A stretch of 40,000 nucleotides of DNA from the NCBI RefSeq assembly GCF_001017125.1, contig NZ_JXOJ01000008.1, positions 102,976-142,975 of the forward strand, read 5' to 3'. The notes beneath the pieces were generated by a model that was not told where the DNA came from, did no database searches, and was given only the letters and a program-made list of their open reading frames with translations. The first letter of the stretch is position 1; each line of letters opens with the position of its first letter. This document shows positions 1 through 9,470 of the stretch, one piece after another. The position numbers and the translations under genes are program-made. The stretch comes from Methanoculleus sediminis (GTDB taxonomy: Archaea; Halobacteriota; Methanomicrobia; Methanomicrobiales; Methanoculleaceae).

Positions 1-165
1 CTCAACGGTGGTATCCCCGGCAAGGCCTTTGATGGAGAACCAGTCGGGCTTCTCGAACTTGTAGAACCCCTCGCCGAGGTTGGGGAGCGCCTCAACCTCC
101 CCGAAGTTCTCCAGATAGGCAAAGAACCCCGCCGGCACCGGTTCATTGAGGAGAAACTCCTTCAT
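1..165 (-). CDS. Hypothetical protein, N-terminal fragment (gene runs off the left edge of the window)
   Basis: ATG at 165-163 on the minus strand, open for 55 codons to position 1 (MKEFLLNEPVPAGFFAYLENFGEVEALPNLGEGFYKFEKPDW...). Absent from the ORF track because it is truncated. No family recognised. Confidence 0.3.
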   Translation of the reverse strand, partial: MKEFLLNEPVPAGFFAYLENFGEVEALPNLGEGFYKFEKPDWFSIKGLAGDTTVE

Positions 166-187
166 GAACGAGCCGTCTGCGCAGGAT

Positions 188-1354
188 TTATGACGAACCG
201 AACGAAGAATTCGCATTTCGTGCAATCTCCTTTACTGCTTTTGCGGCGGTCCGGCACTCTTCGTCCGTCGTGAACCAGGAGAGGCTGAGCCGCACGGAGC
301 CTTTCCCCCCGTCGATCGCCCGGTGCACGAGGGGGGCACAGTGCAGCCCCGTGCGGGCGACGATCCCGTAGGCGCGGGCGAGGATGAACCCCACGTCGTC
401 GTTCTCCATCTCATGGATGTTGAAGGAGACGATCGGAAGGGCGGGCGACTCGTTGTAGACCGTGATGTTGGGCTCTTTCTTCAATTCCCCGATAAGGAAC
501 GCCGTCTGGCGCTCCGCCTTCTCTGCGATGGCCTCTACCCCGATGGAGGCGATGTAGTTCACCCCGGCAGCGAGGGCCGCAAGGCCGGGATAGTTATGGG
601 TTCCGGTTTCGAACCGCTCCGGCATCTCCCGGGGCTGGAAGAGCGAGAAGGAGTCCGTCCCGGTCCCCCCGTAACGGAGAGGAGCAATCGACTCCGGGTC
701 CCGCAGGTAGAATCCGCCGGTGCCGGGAATGCCGAGGAGGCCCTTATGGCCGGTGAAGACGTAGGCGTCGACCGGGAGTTTTCTGAGATCGACGGGTATA
801 TGGCCGGCGGTCTGCGCTCCGTCGACGATGAAATAGACGCCGTGATCGTGCAGGAGTTCCCCGATCCGGGCGACGTCCTGCACCGACCCGAGCACGTTGC
901 TCCCGTGGGCCGTGACCATGAGCCGGGTCCCGGGCGTGATGGCCGCGCGAACGGCACCGGGGCAGACAGCGCCGTTCTCGAAGGGGAGAACCGTCAGCCG
1001 GATACGGCCCTGCCGCTCGAGCTCGTGAAGCGGCCGCAGAACCGAGTTGTGGTCGAGCTCGGTCGTGATGACGTGGCATCCGGCCTCTCCGGCGAGAAAT
1101 CCCTGGATGAGGATGTTCAAGGAATCGGTCGCGTTCTGGGTGAAAACAACGTGCTCCGGCGGATCTGCGGCGAGGAGGCCCGAGAGCGCCTCCCGGGCGA
1201 GCGAGATATAGTCCTCGCCCTGGCTCCCGGTGGTCCTCCCCGACCCGAAAACGGGGAGGGCAAGGGAGAGTCTCGCGGCCTCCAGCGCCTCCGGGGGTTT
1301 CGGCCAGGTCGTGGCGGCGTTATTCAGGTAGATGATCGGCGGGTTATCTGCCAT
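188..1354 (-). CDS. Cysteine desulfurase family / class V PLP-dependent aminotransferase
   Basis: PLP-lysine context FTGHKGLLG and a C-terminal catalytic Cys loop ARTGLHCAP. The N-terminus IYLNNAATTWPKP is typical of NifS/CsdA-like enzymes. The likely start is the ATG at 1354 (MADNPPIIYLNN), not the track start at 1462. Confidence 0.85.
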   Translation of the reverse strand: MADNPPIIYLNNAATTWPKPPEALEAARLSLALPVFGSGRTTGSQGEDYISLAREALSGLLAADPPEHVVFTQNATDSLNILIQGFLAGEAGCHVITTELDHNSVLRPLHELERQGRIRLTVLPFENGAVCPGAVRAAITPGTRLMVTAHGSNVLGSVQDVARIGELLHDHGVYFIVDGAQTAGHIPVDLRKLPVDAYVFTGHKGLLGIPGTGGFYLRDPESIAPLRYGGTGTDSFSLFQPREMPERFETGTHNYPGLAALAAGVNYIASIGVEAIAEKAERQTAFLIGELKKEPNITVYNESPALPIVSFNIHEMENDDVGFILARAYGIVARTGLHCAPLVHRAIDGGKGSVRLSLSWFTTDEECRTAAKAVKEIARNANSSFGSS

Positions 1355-1452
1355 AAGACTCGTTTTCAGTGAATCTATCGTCTGCGGCCAAAAAGAGATC
1401 GCTTTGGGCATTTCACAACGCTTATCCCGCAGGCACCGTACACGCATCTTTG

Positions 1453-1764
1453 ATGGCCACAATAACCGCCGGACGCGTGAGGGAAGCGGCCGAGCTGCTC
1501 GGCATCCGGGACCATGCCAGCCAGAGTGAGATTCGCGTGCGCTACTCCGAGAAGATCAAGGAGTGGCATCCCGACGTGTCGCGAAAAGACCCGGCGGAGT
1601 CCCACGAGATGACGATACGCTTAAAAGAGGCCTACGACCTCCTGGTCGACTACTGCATGAACCGTTCCGTCTCGTTCAGGCTCGAGGATCTCGAAAAGGA
1701 CCTGGAGCAGAACCCCGCCGATTACTGGATGGACCGGTTCGGCGACGACCCGATCTGGGGCTGA
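1453..1764 (+). CDS. J-domain (DnaJ-like) protein
   Basis: HPD tripeptide in the context RYSEKIKEWHPDVSRKD, preceded by AAELLGI....SQSEIR. The likely start is MATITAG at 1453, which avoids overlap with the divergent desulfurase gene. Confidence 0.7.
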   Translation: MATITAGRVREAAELLGIRDHASQSEIRVRYSEKIKEWHPDVSRKDPAESHEMTIRLKEAYDLLVDYCMNRSVSFRLEDLEKDLEQNPADYWMDRFGDDPIWG

Positions 1765-1772
1765 CGGTCCTG

Positions 1773-3035
1773 TCACGAACTGCGCCGCCTCTGTACGAGG
1801 TATACCGGTATGCCCGCCAGCATGACCGCGCTCCCGATGCCGACGGCCATGGCCGGCAGCGTGAAAGCAAGCAGCAGACACCCTGAAAGACCCAGTATCG
1901 CGAGGTATCTCCCGTACAGCCTCTCCTGCTCCGTCAGGGTGTACGCGGAGAGGTTCGTGACCGCGTAGTACAGCAGCACGGTGAAGGAGCTGAACCCTAT
2001 CGCCGCACGAAGGTCCGCGAGCAGCACCACCGCGACAAGGATTACGCCGACCGTCAGTTCGGCAAGGTGCGGAACCCTGTGCACCGGGTGAACCCGGGCG
2101 AGGTACGAAGGCATATTGCGGTCCGCCGCCATGGCAAAGAGCATCCGGCTGATACCCGTCATCAGGGAGAGCAGCACCCCGAGGGTCGCGAAGGTCGAAC
2201 CGACCCTGATGATCCACTGCCACGATTGAAGACCCGCCCCTGCGAGCGCCGTCACCAGGGGTGCATCGGACCGGGCGAGCGCCGCGGGCCCGACAAGGAG
2301 CAGCGCCGAGACGACGACGGCGGCGTAGACGATGAGCGTGATGCAAAGACCGAGCACGATTGCCCGTGGGATGGACGTCTCCGGGTCTTCGACCTCTTCT
2401 GCCAGGGTCGCGATCCTCGAATATCCCGCAAACGCGAAGAACCAGATCCCCGCCGACTGCAGAACCCCGTACAGGCCGTTCGATCCGAGGATCGGGCTTA
2501 AGTTACCGACATCCGGCTCGCCGACGAAGACAAGGGCAACGATCGCAGAAAGAGAAAGCAGCACCACCACGACAATGATCTTCGTGGCGTTGGCGGTCTT
2601 TTCTATCCCGAAGAAGTTCAACGCCGTGAATGCGATCACCGCCCCCGCGGCAAGGAATCGTGCATATTCCGGAGCCAGGTAGTAGCCGAACGTGAGCGCG
2701 ACCGCAGAGCAGCTGGCGAGTTTGCCGACCACGAACCCCCAGCCCGCAACCCAGGCCCAGAATCCGTTCAACCGTTCTCGTGCATATACGTAGGTGCCGC
2801 CCGATGCAGGGTAAAGGCGGGCGAGCTGTGCGGATGAGGAGGCGTTGCAGTACGCAACAGAGGCCGCAAGCGCGAGGCCGAAGAGCAGCCCTGCCCCGGC
2901 CGCGGCCGCCGCAGGTGCAAGAGCCGTGAAGATGCCGGCCCCGACCATGGAGCCGAGCCCGATAAAGACGGCATCCCCCGTATGCAGCCTTCGCGAGAGC
3001 CTGCTTGCCTCGATTCCGCGCGGGGTCTTTGCCAT
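1773..3035 (-). CDS. APC-family amino acid permease
   Basis: Multi-pass hydrophobic protein with the N-terminal motif FIGLGSMVGAGIF typical of amino acid/polyamine/organocation transporters. The likely start is MAKTPRGIE at 3035. Confidence 0.8.
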   Translation of the reverse strand: MAKTPRGIEASRLSRRLHTGDAVFIGLGSMVGAGIFTALAPAAAAAGAGLLFGLALAASVAYCNASSSAQLARLYPASGGTYVYARERLNGFWAWVAGWGFVVGKLASCSAVALTFGYYLAPEYARFLAAGAVIAFTALNFFGIEKTANATKIIVVVVLLSLSAIVALVFVGEPDVGNLSPILGSNGLYGVLQSAGIWFFAFAGYSRIATLAEEVEDPETSIPRAIVLGLCITLIVYAAVVVSALLLVGPAALARSDAPLVTALAGAGLQSWQWIIRVGSTFATLGVLLSLMTGISRMLFAMAADRNMPSYLARVHPVHRVPHLAELTVGVILVAVVLLADLRAAIGFSSFTVLLYYAVTNLSAYTLTEQERLYGRYLAILGLSGCLLLAFTLPAMAVGIGSAVMLAGIPVYLVQRRRSS

Positions 3036-3310
3036 ACGCCCTCCACGCCCACGACGGCCGGGGCCGGGGCGCACCTATACGACCGGCATGATAGTTAACC
3101 GTTCTGCCGACGCGAAAGAGGCGTTCCCCGGAGCCCCGGCAACATGAGCGAACGCAGGAGGTGAAAAATCCCTGATACTACAAAAGTGCCGCAAAAGGAG
3201 AGATAACCCAAAAATTCGTTCTTTTACCGGGATTTGCGATACATTGATATAGAGTCGTCCGGGTATACCACTCCTCCCTTCCGGGGGAGCGTATCGACAC
3301 TGGTGATCGG

Positions 3311-4369
3311 TTGATGTTAGATAGTATGGAAGGCGACGGGAAGAGCGGATACAGACCCACCCTCATATCGTGGAACGTCACCAGCCGGTGCAACCTGCGA
3401 TGCGCCCACTGTTACCTGGATGCTCATAACGGGGGAGGAGCGCGGGAACTCTCCACCGGTGAAGCGAAGATGCTCATCGACCAGGTTGCGCAGGTCGGCT
3501 CCCCGGTGATGATCCTCAGCGGCGGAGAACCCCTGTTGCGGGACGATATCTTCGAGATAGCCGGATACGGGACAGAGCAAGGGCTTCGAATGGCTATCGG
3601 ATCGAACGGGACGCTGATCGGCGGCCGCACCGCGGCGCGGCTCGCCGGGGCGGGAATCCGGAAAGCGGCGATAAGTCTCGACTCTGCAGACCCGGGAGTT
3701 CATGACCGGTTCAGGGGTGTTCGGGGCGCGTGGGAGCGTGCCGTCGCGGGCATCGAGGCCTGCAGGGATGCCGGTATCGGCGTCCAGGTGCACACGACGG
3801 TGACCCTGCAGAACCACTGCGAGCTCGAGGCTATTGCGGATCTCGGGGAAAGCCTCGGGGTGCATGACTTCCAGTTCTTCTTCCTCGTCCCCACGGGGAG
3901 GGGAAAGGGGCTCGCCGACCTGTCTCCCGGGATGTACGAGACCATTATCCGCGAGATCCTCCGGCTGCGAGCGGAGAGGGGTTTAGCCATCCGCCCGACG
4001 TGCGCCCCGCAACACGTGCGGATTGCGTCCGAGATGGGATTACCTGTGGCAGAGGGGGAGCGGGGGTGCATCGCGGGCATCCGCTACTGCAGGATAGACC
4101 CGCTGGGAGAGGTCACCCCATGTCCCTACCTTCCGCTGGGTCTTGGGAACATCCGCGAAACCACGTTTGCGGAGATCTGGAACGGGTCGGAAGTCTTTGC
4201 GAATCTTCGTTCCGGCGAGGCCCTGACAGGCAAGTGCGGCGCGTGCGAGTACCGTTTCACCTGCGGGGGATGCCGTGCCCGGGCATACGGGCTCACGAAA
4301 GAGAACTTTTATGCCGGCGACTACCTGGCACAAGACCCCTGGTGCCTGTACGAGCCGGGGGTGAGATGA
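3311..4369 (+). CDS. Radical SAM/SPASM enzyme, NirJ/AhbC/AhbD-like (alternative heme biosynthesis)
   Basis: CxxxCxxC cluster motif CNLRCAHCY near the N-terminus, a GGEPLL motif, and a C-terminal Cys-rich SPASM-like segment GKCGACEYRFTCGGCRARAY. It sits beside AsnC-like siroheme decarboxylase-type genes. AhbC and AhbD cannot be told apart by eye. Confidence 0.8.
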   Translation: MMLDSMEGDGKSGYRPTLISWNVTSRCNLRCAHCYLDAHNGGGARELSTGEAKMLIDQVAQVGSPVMILSGGEPLLRDDIFEIAGYGTEQGLRMAIGSNGTLIGGRTAARLAGAGIRKAAISLDSADPGVHDRFRGVRGAWERAVAGIEACRDAGIGVQVHTTVTLQNHCELEAIADLGESLGVHDFQFFFLVPTGRGKGLADLSPGMYETIIREILRLRAERGLAIRPTCAPQHVRIASEMGLPVAEGERGCIAGIRYCRIDPLGEVTPCPYLPLGLGNIRETTFAEIWNGSEVFANLRSGEALTGKCGACEYRFTCGGCRARAYGLTKENFYAGDYLAQDPWCLYEPGVR

Positions 4370-4861
4370 ATGCACCTCGATCCGCGTGACCGGGCGCTCC
4401 TCCAGCAGGTGCAGGACGACTTCCCGCTCGACCCCAGGCCGTACCGGGTTCTCGGCGAAGTGCTCGGGATGCCGGAGCGGGAGGTGATGGAACGGCTGAC
4501 CGATCTCTCCCGCCGCGGGGTGATCAGGCATATCGCGCCGATCCTCGAGCCCGGAAGTCTCGGCATCAGCGCTTCGACGCTCGTTGCGATGCGGGTGCCG
4601 AAAGAGCGGATGCACGAAGTTGCGGCGATCGTGAACGAGTACGACGGCGTATCCCACAACTACCGCCGCGATGGCGATTACAATCTCTGGTTCACCGTCG
4701 CTGCGGCAGGCGAGGGAGAACTGCTCGATACGCTCGACGAGATCATCCGGCGGTCGATGATCCCTTTCCGGGACGTCCTGAACCTCCCGATAGCGCGGAG
4801 GTTCAAACTCGATGTCCGGTTCCGGTTTCTCGCGGAGGAAGACGATGATGGACAGGATTGA
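4370..4861 (+). CDS. AsnC/Lrp-like siroheme decarboxylase subunit (AhbA/AhbB, NirD/L/G/H family)
   Basis: About 160 aa. N-terminal HTH-like LDPRDRALLQQVQDDFPL..RPY, followed by an AsnC-type effector domain. It starts one base after the upstream radical SAM gene ends, is paired with a paralog downstream, and is sandwiched by two NirJ-like radical SAM genes. Confidence 0.7.
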   Translation: MHLDPRDRALLQQVQDDFPLDPRPYRVLGEVLGMPEREVMERLTDLSRRGVIRHIAPILEPGSLGISASTLVAMRVPKERMHEVAAIVNEYDGVSHNYRRDGDYNLWFTVAAAGEGELLDTLDEIIRRSMIPFRDVLNLPIARRFKLDVRFRFLAEEDDDGQD

Positions 4862-5342
4862 CAGGGAGCTACTCAGATTGACGCAGGACGGTATCGGGAT
4901 CGAGGAGAGGCCGTTTCTTCATGCGGCAACGGCACTCGGGATCGGCGAGGAGGAGGTCGTCGCCAGGCTGCAGAGGCTCAGGCAGAACGGCGTCGTCCGC
5001 CGGTTCGGGACGAGGATCAACCCCCGGAAGGCCGACTTTCCGGCGAACGCCATGGTGGTCTGGAGCGTCCCCCGGGATCGTATCGCCGATATCGGAGCCG
5101 CCATGGCAGAGAGCCCCGACGTAACCCACTGCTACGAGCGCCGCACCATCCCCGGGCGCTGGGAGTACAACCTCTACACCGTGCTCCACTGCCGCGACCG
5201 TGAAGACGCTCTCCGCAGGGTCGCGGCACTCTCCCGGGCGACCGGTGCCGCCGAGTATCGGGTCCTCTTCAGCACCGAAGAGTTCAAGCAACGGCCGGGC
5301 GGCCGGATCGGCCCTGCGGCAGGGCCAGAGCGTGGACAATGA
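4845..5342 (+). CDS. AsnC/Lrp-like siroheme decarboxylase subunit, second paralog (AhbA/AhbB family)
   Basis: MMDRIDRELLRLTQDGIGIEERPF is paralogous to the upstream gene. The likely start at 4845 overlaps the upstream stop (4861). The stop overlaps the next start (ATGA at 5339-5342). Confidence 0.7.
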   Translation: MMDRIDRELLRLTQDGIGIEERPFLHAATALGIGEEEVVARLQRLRQNGVVRRFGTRINPRKADFPANAMVVWSVPRDRIADIGAAMAESPDVTHCYERRTIPGRWEYNLYTVLHCRDREDALRRVAALSRATGAAEYRVLFSTEEFKQRPGGRIGPAAGPERGQ

Positions 5343-6535
5343 ACCGGATCACCAGGTATATCCATGCAAAAGGCACGGTCAGCGAGGTGCTCCGGCACCG
5401 TGCCGGTGAGAGGACACCGAGCGGAATGCTTGCATTCTCCGACATTCGCCGGCCGGTCGTCTTCTGGAACGTCACGAACCGGTGCAACCTGCTCTGCTCC
5501 CACTGCTACATCCGTGCAGGGCCGGGGCGAGAGCGGGAGGACGAACTGACGACAGAGGAGGGACTTCGCCTGATCGACGACCTTGCAGAGATGCGGATCC
5601 CCCTCCTGCTCTTCTCCGGGGGCGAGCCGCTGATCCGGGGAGATTTCTGGGATCTCGCCGAACACGCGAAGGAGCACGGTCTTGCCACCGCCCTGAGCAC
5701 CAACGGCACGCTGCTCACGCCCGCCGCTGCACGGCGGCTCCACGATGTCGGCGTGGAGTACGCGGGAATCTCGCTTGACGGGGCGACCGCACGGACGCAT
5801 GACGGCATGCGAAACGTCCCGGGGAGCTTTGATAAGGCCGTTTCGGCGCTCGAAAACTGCAAGGCCGCCGGGCTGAAGTGCGGGGTCCGGGTGACCGCGA
5901 CCAGGGAGAACCGCACCGAGATTCCCGCCCTCATCGACCTCTCCCTGGACGTCGGGGCGGAGCGGTTCTGCGTCTACTGGCTGGTCCCGAGCGGTCGGGG
6001 AGGCGAGGGGTACGGCAGCCTGCAGCTCCGATCCCGGGAGATTGCCGGTCTTCTCGACCTGCTCATCGAGAGGGCGCATGACGTGGACCCGGAAGTCATG
6101 GAGTTCCTCACGGTCGACGCGCCCCAGGACGCCGTATACCTGCTCAGGAGATTGCAGGAAGAGGATCCTCCTCGATACGAGAACATGTGCACGCTCCTCG
6201 CACGCTCCGGGGTCGGGTGCAGCGCGGGAGACCGGATCGCAAACATCGATCCCTCCGGTACCGTCTACCCCTGCCAGTTCGCCCAGATGGACGAACTCAA
6301 GCTGGGAAGCATCAGGGAGAAGCCCTTCAGCGCCATCTGGAACGACCCGGAGAACCGGATCCTCGCCGACTTCAGGAGGAAGAAGGACCTGATCGGGGGC
6401 TCCTGCGGAAGGTGCTCCTACCGCGACCGCTGCGGAGGAGGGTGCAGGATCCGGGCGTTTGCCGATACCGGCGATCTCTGGGCGGAAGACCCTCTCTGCC
6501 CCATCTTTCGCGAGGAAACCCGGGACCGGCCGTGA
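5339..6535 (+). CDS. Radical SAM/SPASM enzyme, NirJ/AhbC/AhbD-like (alternative heme biosynthesis)
   Basis: CNLLCSHCY cluster motif, GGEPLI motif, and C-terminal GSCGRCSYRDRCGGGCRIRAF. Paralog of the 3311-4369 gene. Translationally coupled (ATGA) to the upstream gene. Confidence 0.8.
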   Translation: MNRITRYIHAKGTVSEVLRHRAGERTPSGMLAFSDIRRPVVFWNVTNRCNLLCSHCYIRAGPGREREDELTTEEGLRLIDDLAEMRIPLLLFSGGEPLIRGDFWDLAEHAKEHGLATALSTNGTLLTPAAARRLHDVGVEYAGISLDGATARTHDGMRNVPGSFDKAVSALENCKAAGLKCGVRVTATRENRTEIPALIDLSLDVGAERFCVYWLVPSGRGGEGYGSLQLRSREIAGLLDLLIERAHDVDPEVMEFLTVDAPQDAVYLLRRLQEEDPPRYENMCTLLARSGVGCSAGDRIANIDPSGTVYPCQFAQMDELKLGSIREKPFSAIWNDPENRILADFRRKKDLIGGSCGRCSYRDRCGGGCRIRAFADTGDLWAEDPLCPIFREETRDRP

Positions 6536-6735
6536 CCGGAAACGTCTGACGGATGGAAGAACCTGGTTTCCTCCATCAACCGATTCTACAGACACTTCTG
6601 GCTGCAAAGGCCGTTCTGAACATCCGTTTCCAGCGTGCAGTTACTTTTAAGATGGCTGGCCGGGATGTGGGGGCACGCCCGCCGGGGGATCAGCGGTATG
6701 ACCGGGCCGGGCGAGAGGGGTGCAGGTGAGAGAGT

Positions 6736-8859
6736 ATGGATGAGAGGAGAAAGGTCGATGAGAAGAGCAAGCAGGAGCAGCTCGATGAATTCCGCCAGGA
6801 CCCGGAACGCGAGTACCTGACGACGAACCAGGGGGTCCGGGTAAGCCATACCGACGACTCGTTAAAAGCGGGGGAGCGGGGGCCGACGCTTCTGGAGGAC
6901 TTTCACTTCCGCGAGAAACTGACGCATTTCGACCACGAGCGGATCCCCGAGCGGGTCGTCCACGCCCGGGGTTCGGGCGCCCACGGCTACTTCCAGGTCT
7001 ACGAGCCGATGACCGAGTATACGCGGGCGGCGTTCCTCCAGGATCCGGGGAAGAAGACGCCGGTCTTCGTCCGGTTCTCGACGGTCGTCGGATTCAGAGG
7101 GTCTGCCGATACGGTCCGGGACGTCCGGGGGTTCGCAACGAAGTTCTACACGGAGGAGGGGAACTACGACCTTGTCGGCAACAACATGCCGGTCTTCTTC
7201 ATCGTGGACGCCATCAAGTTCCCCGACCTCGTTCACTCCATCAAGCCGGAGCAGCACCACCAGATGCCGCAGGCTTCCGCCGCCCACGACACCTTCTGGG
7301 ACTTTGTCGGGAACCTGCCCGAGATCACGCACATGATCATGTGGGTCCTCTCGGACCGTGCGCTCCCGCGGAGTTACCGGATGATGGATGGGTTCGGGGT
7401 CAACACCTTCCGGTTCGTCAACGCCGAGGGGAAGGCGCGGTTCGTCAAGTTCCACTGGCGGCCGCTGCTCGGGGTTCACTCGCTCGTCTGGGACGAGACG
7501 CAGAAGATCGCCGGGAAGGACCCGGACTTCAACCGCCGCGACCTCTGGGAGGCGATAGAGATGGGGGACTACCCGGAGTTCGAGTTCGGGGTGCAGATGA
7601 TCGAGGAGGCGGACGAGCACAACTTCGACTTCGACATCCTGGACGCGACGAAGATCTGGCCCGAGGAGGAGGTGCCGATCCGGTGGATCGGGAAGATGAC
7701 CCTGAACAAGAACCCGGACAACTTCTTCGTCGAGACCGAGCAGGTCGCCTTCTGCCCGGCGAACGTCGTGCCGGGGATCGACCTCTCGAACGACCCGCTC
7801 CTCCAGGGCCGGCTCTTCTCGTACCTGGACACCCAGTTGATACGCCTCGGCGGCCCGAACTTCCAGGAGATCCCGATCAACCGGACGCTCGCGCCCGCCG
7901 CGAACAACCAGCGGGAGGGCTACAACCGGATGACGATCAACCGGGGCGAGAGCAGTTACTTCCCGAACGCGCTCGGCGAGAACAAACCCCGGCCGGCAAC
8001 GGCGAAGGAAGGCGGGTTCGTCCACTACCAGGAGAAGATCGAGGGCAAGAAGATCCGTGCACGGAGCGAGAAGTTCAACGACCACTTCAGCCAGGCGAAG
8101 CTCTTCTGGAACAGCATGTCGGACGCGGAGAAGGAGCATATCGTCAAGGCCTTCCACTTCGAGCTCGGGAAGGTCTCGGACTCCGAGGTCCGGAAGAAAG
8201 TTGTGGACCTCATCAACAACGTCGACGGCGACCTCGCCATACGGATCGCGGAAGGGATCGGGGTGCCGCCCCCGGCGGAGAAGGGCGCGTCCTCCGGGAC
8301 GAAGAAATCCCCGAACCTCAGCCAGGAGAGAACCGTCATGGACACCATCAAGAGCAGGAAGGTCGCGATCCTCGCGATGGAGGGCTACAACCACGACGAG
8401 GTGATGCAGGTGAAGCAGGCGCTCAAAGATGCCGGAGCCCATCCGCAGATCATCTCGCAGTTCCACGGCATGGTCAGATCCGCCGACGGCAAGGAGATAG
8501 AGGTGGACAAGAGTTACGTCACCACCACCTCCGTCGTGTACGACGCCGTGTATATCCCGGGCGGGATGCACGCGGAGACCCTGAAGAACCAGGGCTACGC
8601 GATCCACTTCGTCAACGAGGCCTTCAAGCACTGCAAGCCGATCGGGGCGATAGGAGAGGGGATCGAACTCTTAAAGGCCTCCGGCATCAAAGGCGTGGCC
8701 TTCGTCGACGCCGGCTCGGGGGGGGAGGCCGTCTCCGAGATGGGGGTCGTCACCTGCGGGAGCCAGGGAGACGTGAACTCGTTTGTCGAGCAGTTCAAGA
8801 CGGCCATTGCCCGGCACCGCCACTGGGACCGGGAGAAGAAGGAGCAGGTGCCCGCCTGA
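6736..8859 (+). CDS. katE: Large-subunit monofunctional heme catalase (HPII type) with a C-terminal DJ-1/PfpI-like domain
   Basis: 707 aa. Contains the catalase active-site region FDHERIPERVVHARGSGAHGYF and the proximal heme-ligand region RLFSYLDTQ. The ~150 aa C-terminal extension is typical of clade 2 catalases. Confidence 0.95.
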   Translation: MDERRKVDEKSKQEQLDEFRQDPEREYLTTNQGVRVSHTDDSLKAGERGPTLLEDFHFREKLTHFDHERIPERVVHARGSGAHGYFQVYEPMTEYTRAAFLQDPGKKTPVFVRFSTVVGFRGSADTVRDVRGFATKFYTEEGNYDLVGNNMPVFFIVDAIKFPDLVHSIKPEQHHQMPQASAAHDTFWDFVGNLPEITHMIMWVLSDRALPRSYRMMDGFGVNTFRFVNAEGKARFVKFHWRPLLGVHSLVWDETQKIAGKDPDFNRRDLWEAIEMGDYPEFEFGVQMIEEADEHNFDFDILDATKIWPEEEVPIRWIGKMTLNKNPDNFFVETEQVAFCPANVVPGIDLSNDPLLQGRLFSYLDTQLIRLGGPNFQEIPINRTLAPAANNQREGYNRMTINRGESSYFPNALGENKPRPATAKEGGFVHYQEKIEGKKIRARSEKFNDHFSQAKLFWNSMSDAEKEHIVKAFHFELGKVSDSEVRKKVVDLINNVDGDLAIRIAEGIGVPPPAEKGASSGTKKSPNLSQERTVMDTIKSRKVAILAMEGYNHDEVMQVKQALKDAGAHPQIISQFHGMVRSADGKEIEVDKSYVTTTSVVYDAVYIPGGMHAETLKNQGYAIHFVNEAFKHCKPIGAIGEGIELLKASGIKGVAFVDAGSGGEAVSEMGVVTCGSQGDVNSFVEQFKTAIARHRHWDREKKEQVPA

Positions 8860-8924
8860 CGCGGATCGTTGAAAAGGAGAAGGGCCGGGGGGAACCCCGG
8901 AATCTCTTTTAGCCAAAACGTGCC

Positions 8925-9371
8925 TCAACCGCGCAGCTTCGGCGAGTTGAACCAGAGCCCGTGGAGCCGGTGCGACGGATCATCCTTCTGGAAGACGAAC
9001 CGGAGAGCAACGCCGTCCTCCTGCTCGAACTCTGCCCGGTAGGTCACGGCGATATACTCTCCGGTCTCGGTGACGACGGGATCTCTTCTGGATTCATACA
9101 GCCCGATCCGGGACGTGACGTGTTCGCGGTTCTGCTCGAACGCGGCCTCGTCGAGAGCCTGCCTCATCTCCGGGCCGAAGTCGCGGGAGTAGATCGTGTA
9201 GTTGCCTTCGTTGAAGCCCTGCATGACGTTCCCGGCGATCGGGTCCGCGTATGCAAGCACCTCTGCCTTCACGCCGTCCGAGACCACGGTCTCCTGGGCC
9301 ATGCACCCGCATGCAACGGCCGCGGCGAGGATGAGCAGGGCGGCGAGGAGTGGGATCCGGGGGATATTCAT
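8925..9371 (-). CDS. DUF3887-family secreted/lipoprotein
   Basis: The likely start MNIPRIPLLAALLILAAAVACGC (ATG at 9371) gives a signal peptide with a lipobox-like Cys. The body (FNEGNYTIYSRDFGPEMRQAL ... LHGLWFNSPKLR) matches my recollection of DUF3887. Confidence 0.65.
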   Translation of the reverse strand: MNIPRIPLLAALLILAAAVACGCMAQETVVSDGVKAEVLAYADPIAGNVMQGFNEGNYTIYSRDFGPEMRQALDEAAFEQNREHVTSRIGLYESRRDPVVTETGEYIAVTYRAEFEQEDGVALRFVFQKDDPSHRLHGLWFNSPKLRG

Positions 9372-9470
9372 AGAGTAACGTTGGATTAAGGGGAGATTAA
9401 GGTAGGGGTCGGGTCGCGGGAGCCGGAGGGACGGCGATGCAGGAGGCCGGCTCACGGTCACAAAACTCCC

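Noticed and set aside
5174-6607. 477-aa minus-strand ORF opposite the second radical SAM gene
   Set aside because: It is antisense to a gene with clear CxxxCxxC and SPASM motifs. Its composition is dominated by R/P/G/A/V.
6862-8631. 589-aa minus-strand ORF, and the 523-aa plus-strand off-frame ORF at 7341-8912
   Set aside because: Both overlap the unmistakable katE frame. Their translations are Arg/Pro/Gly/Leu/Val-rich with no recognisable motifs, which is the classic shadow-ORF pattern of high-GC coding DNA.
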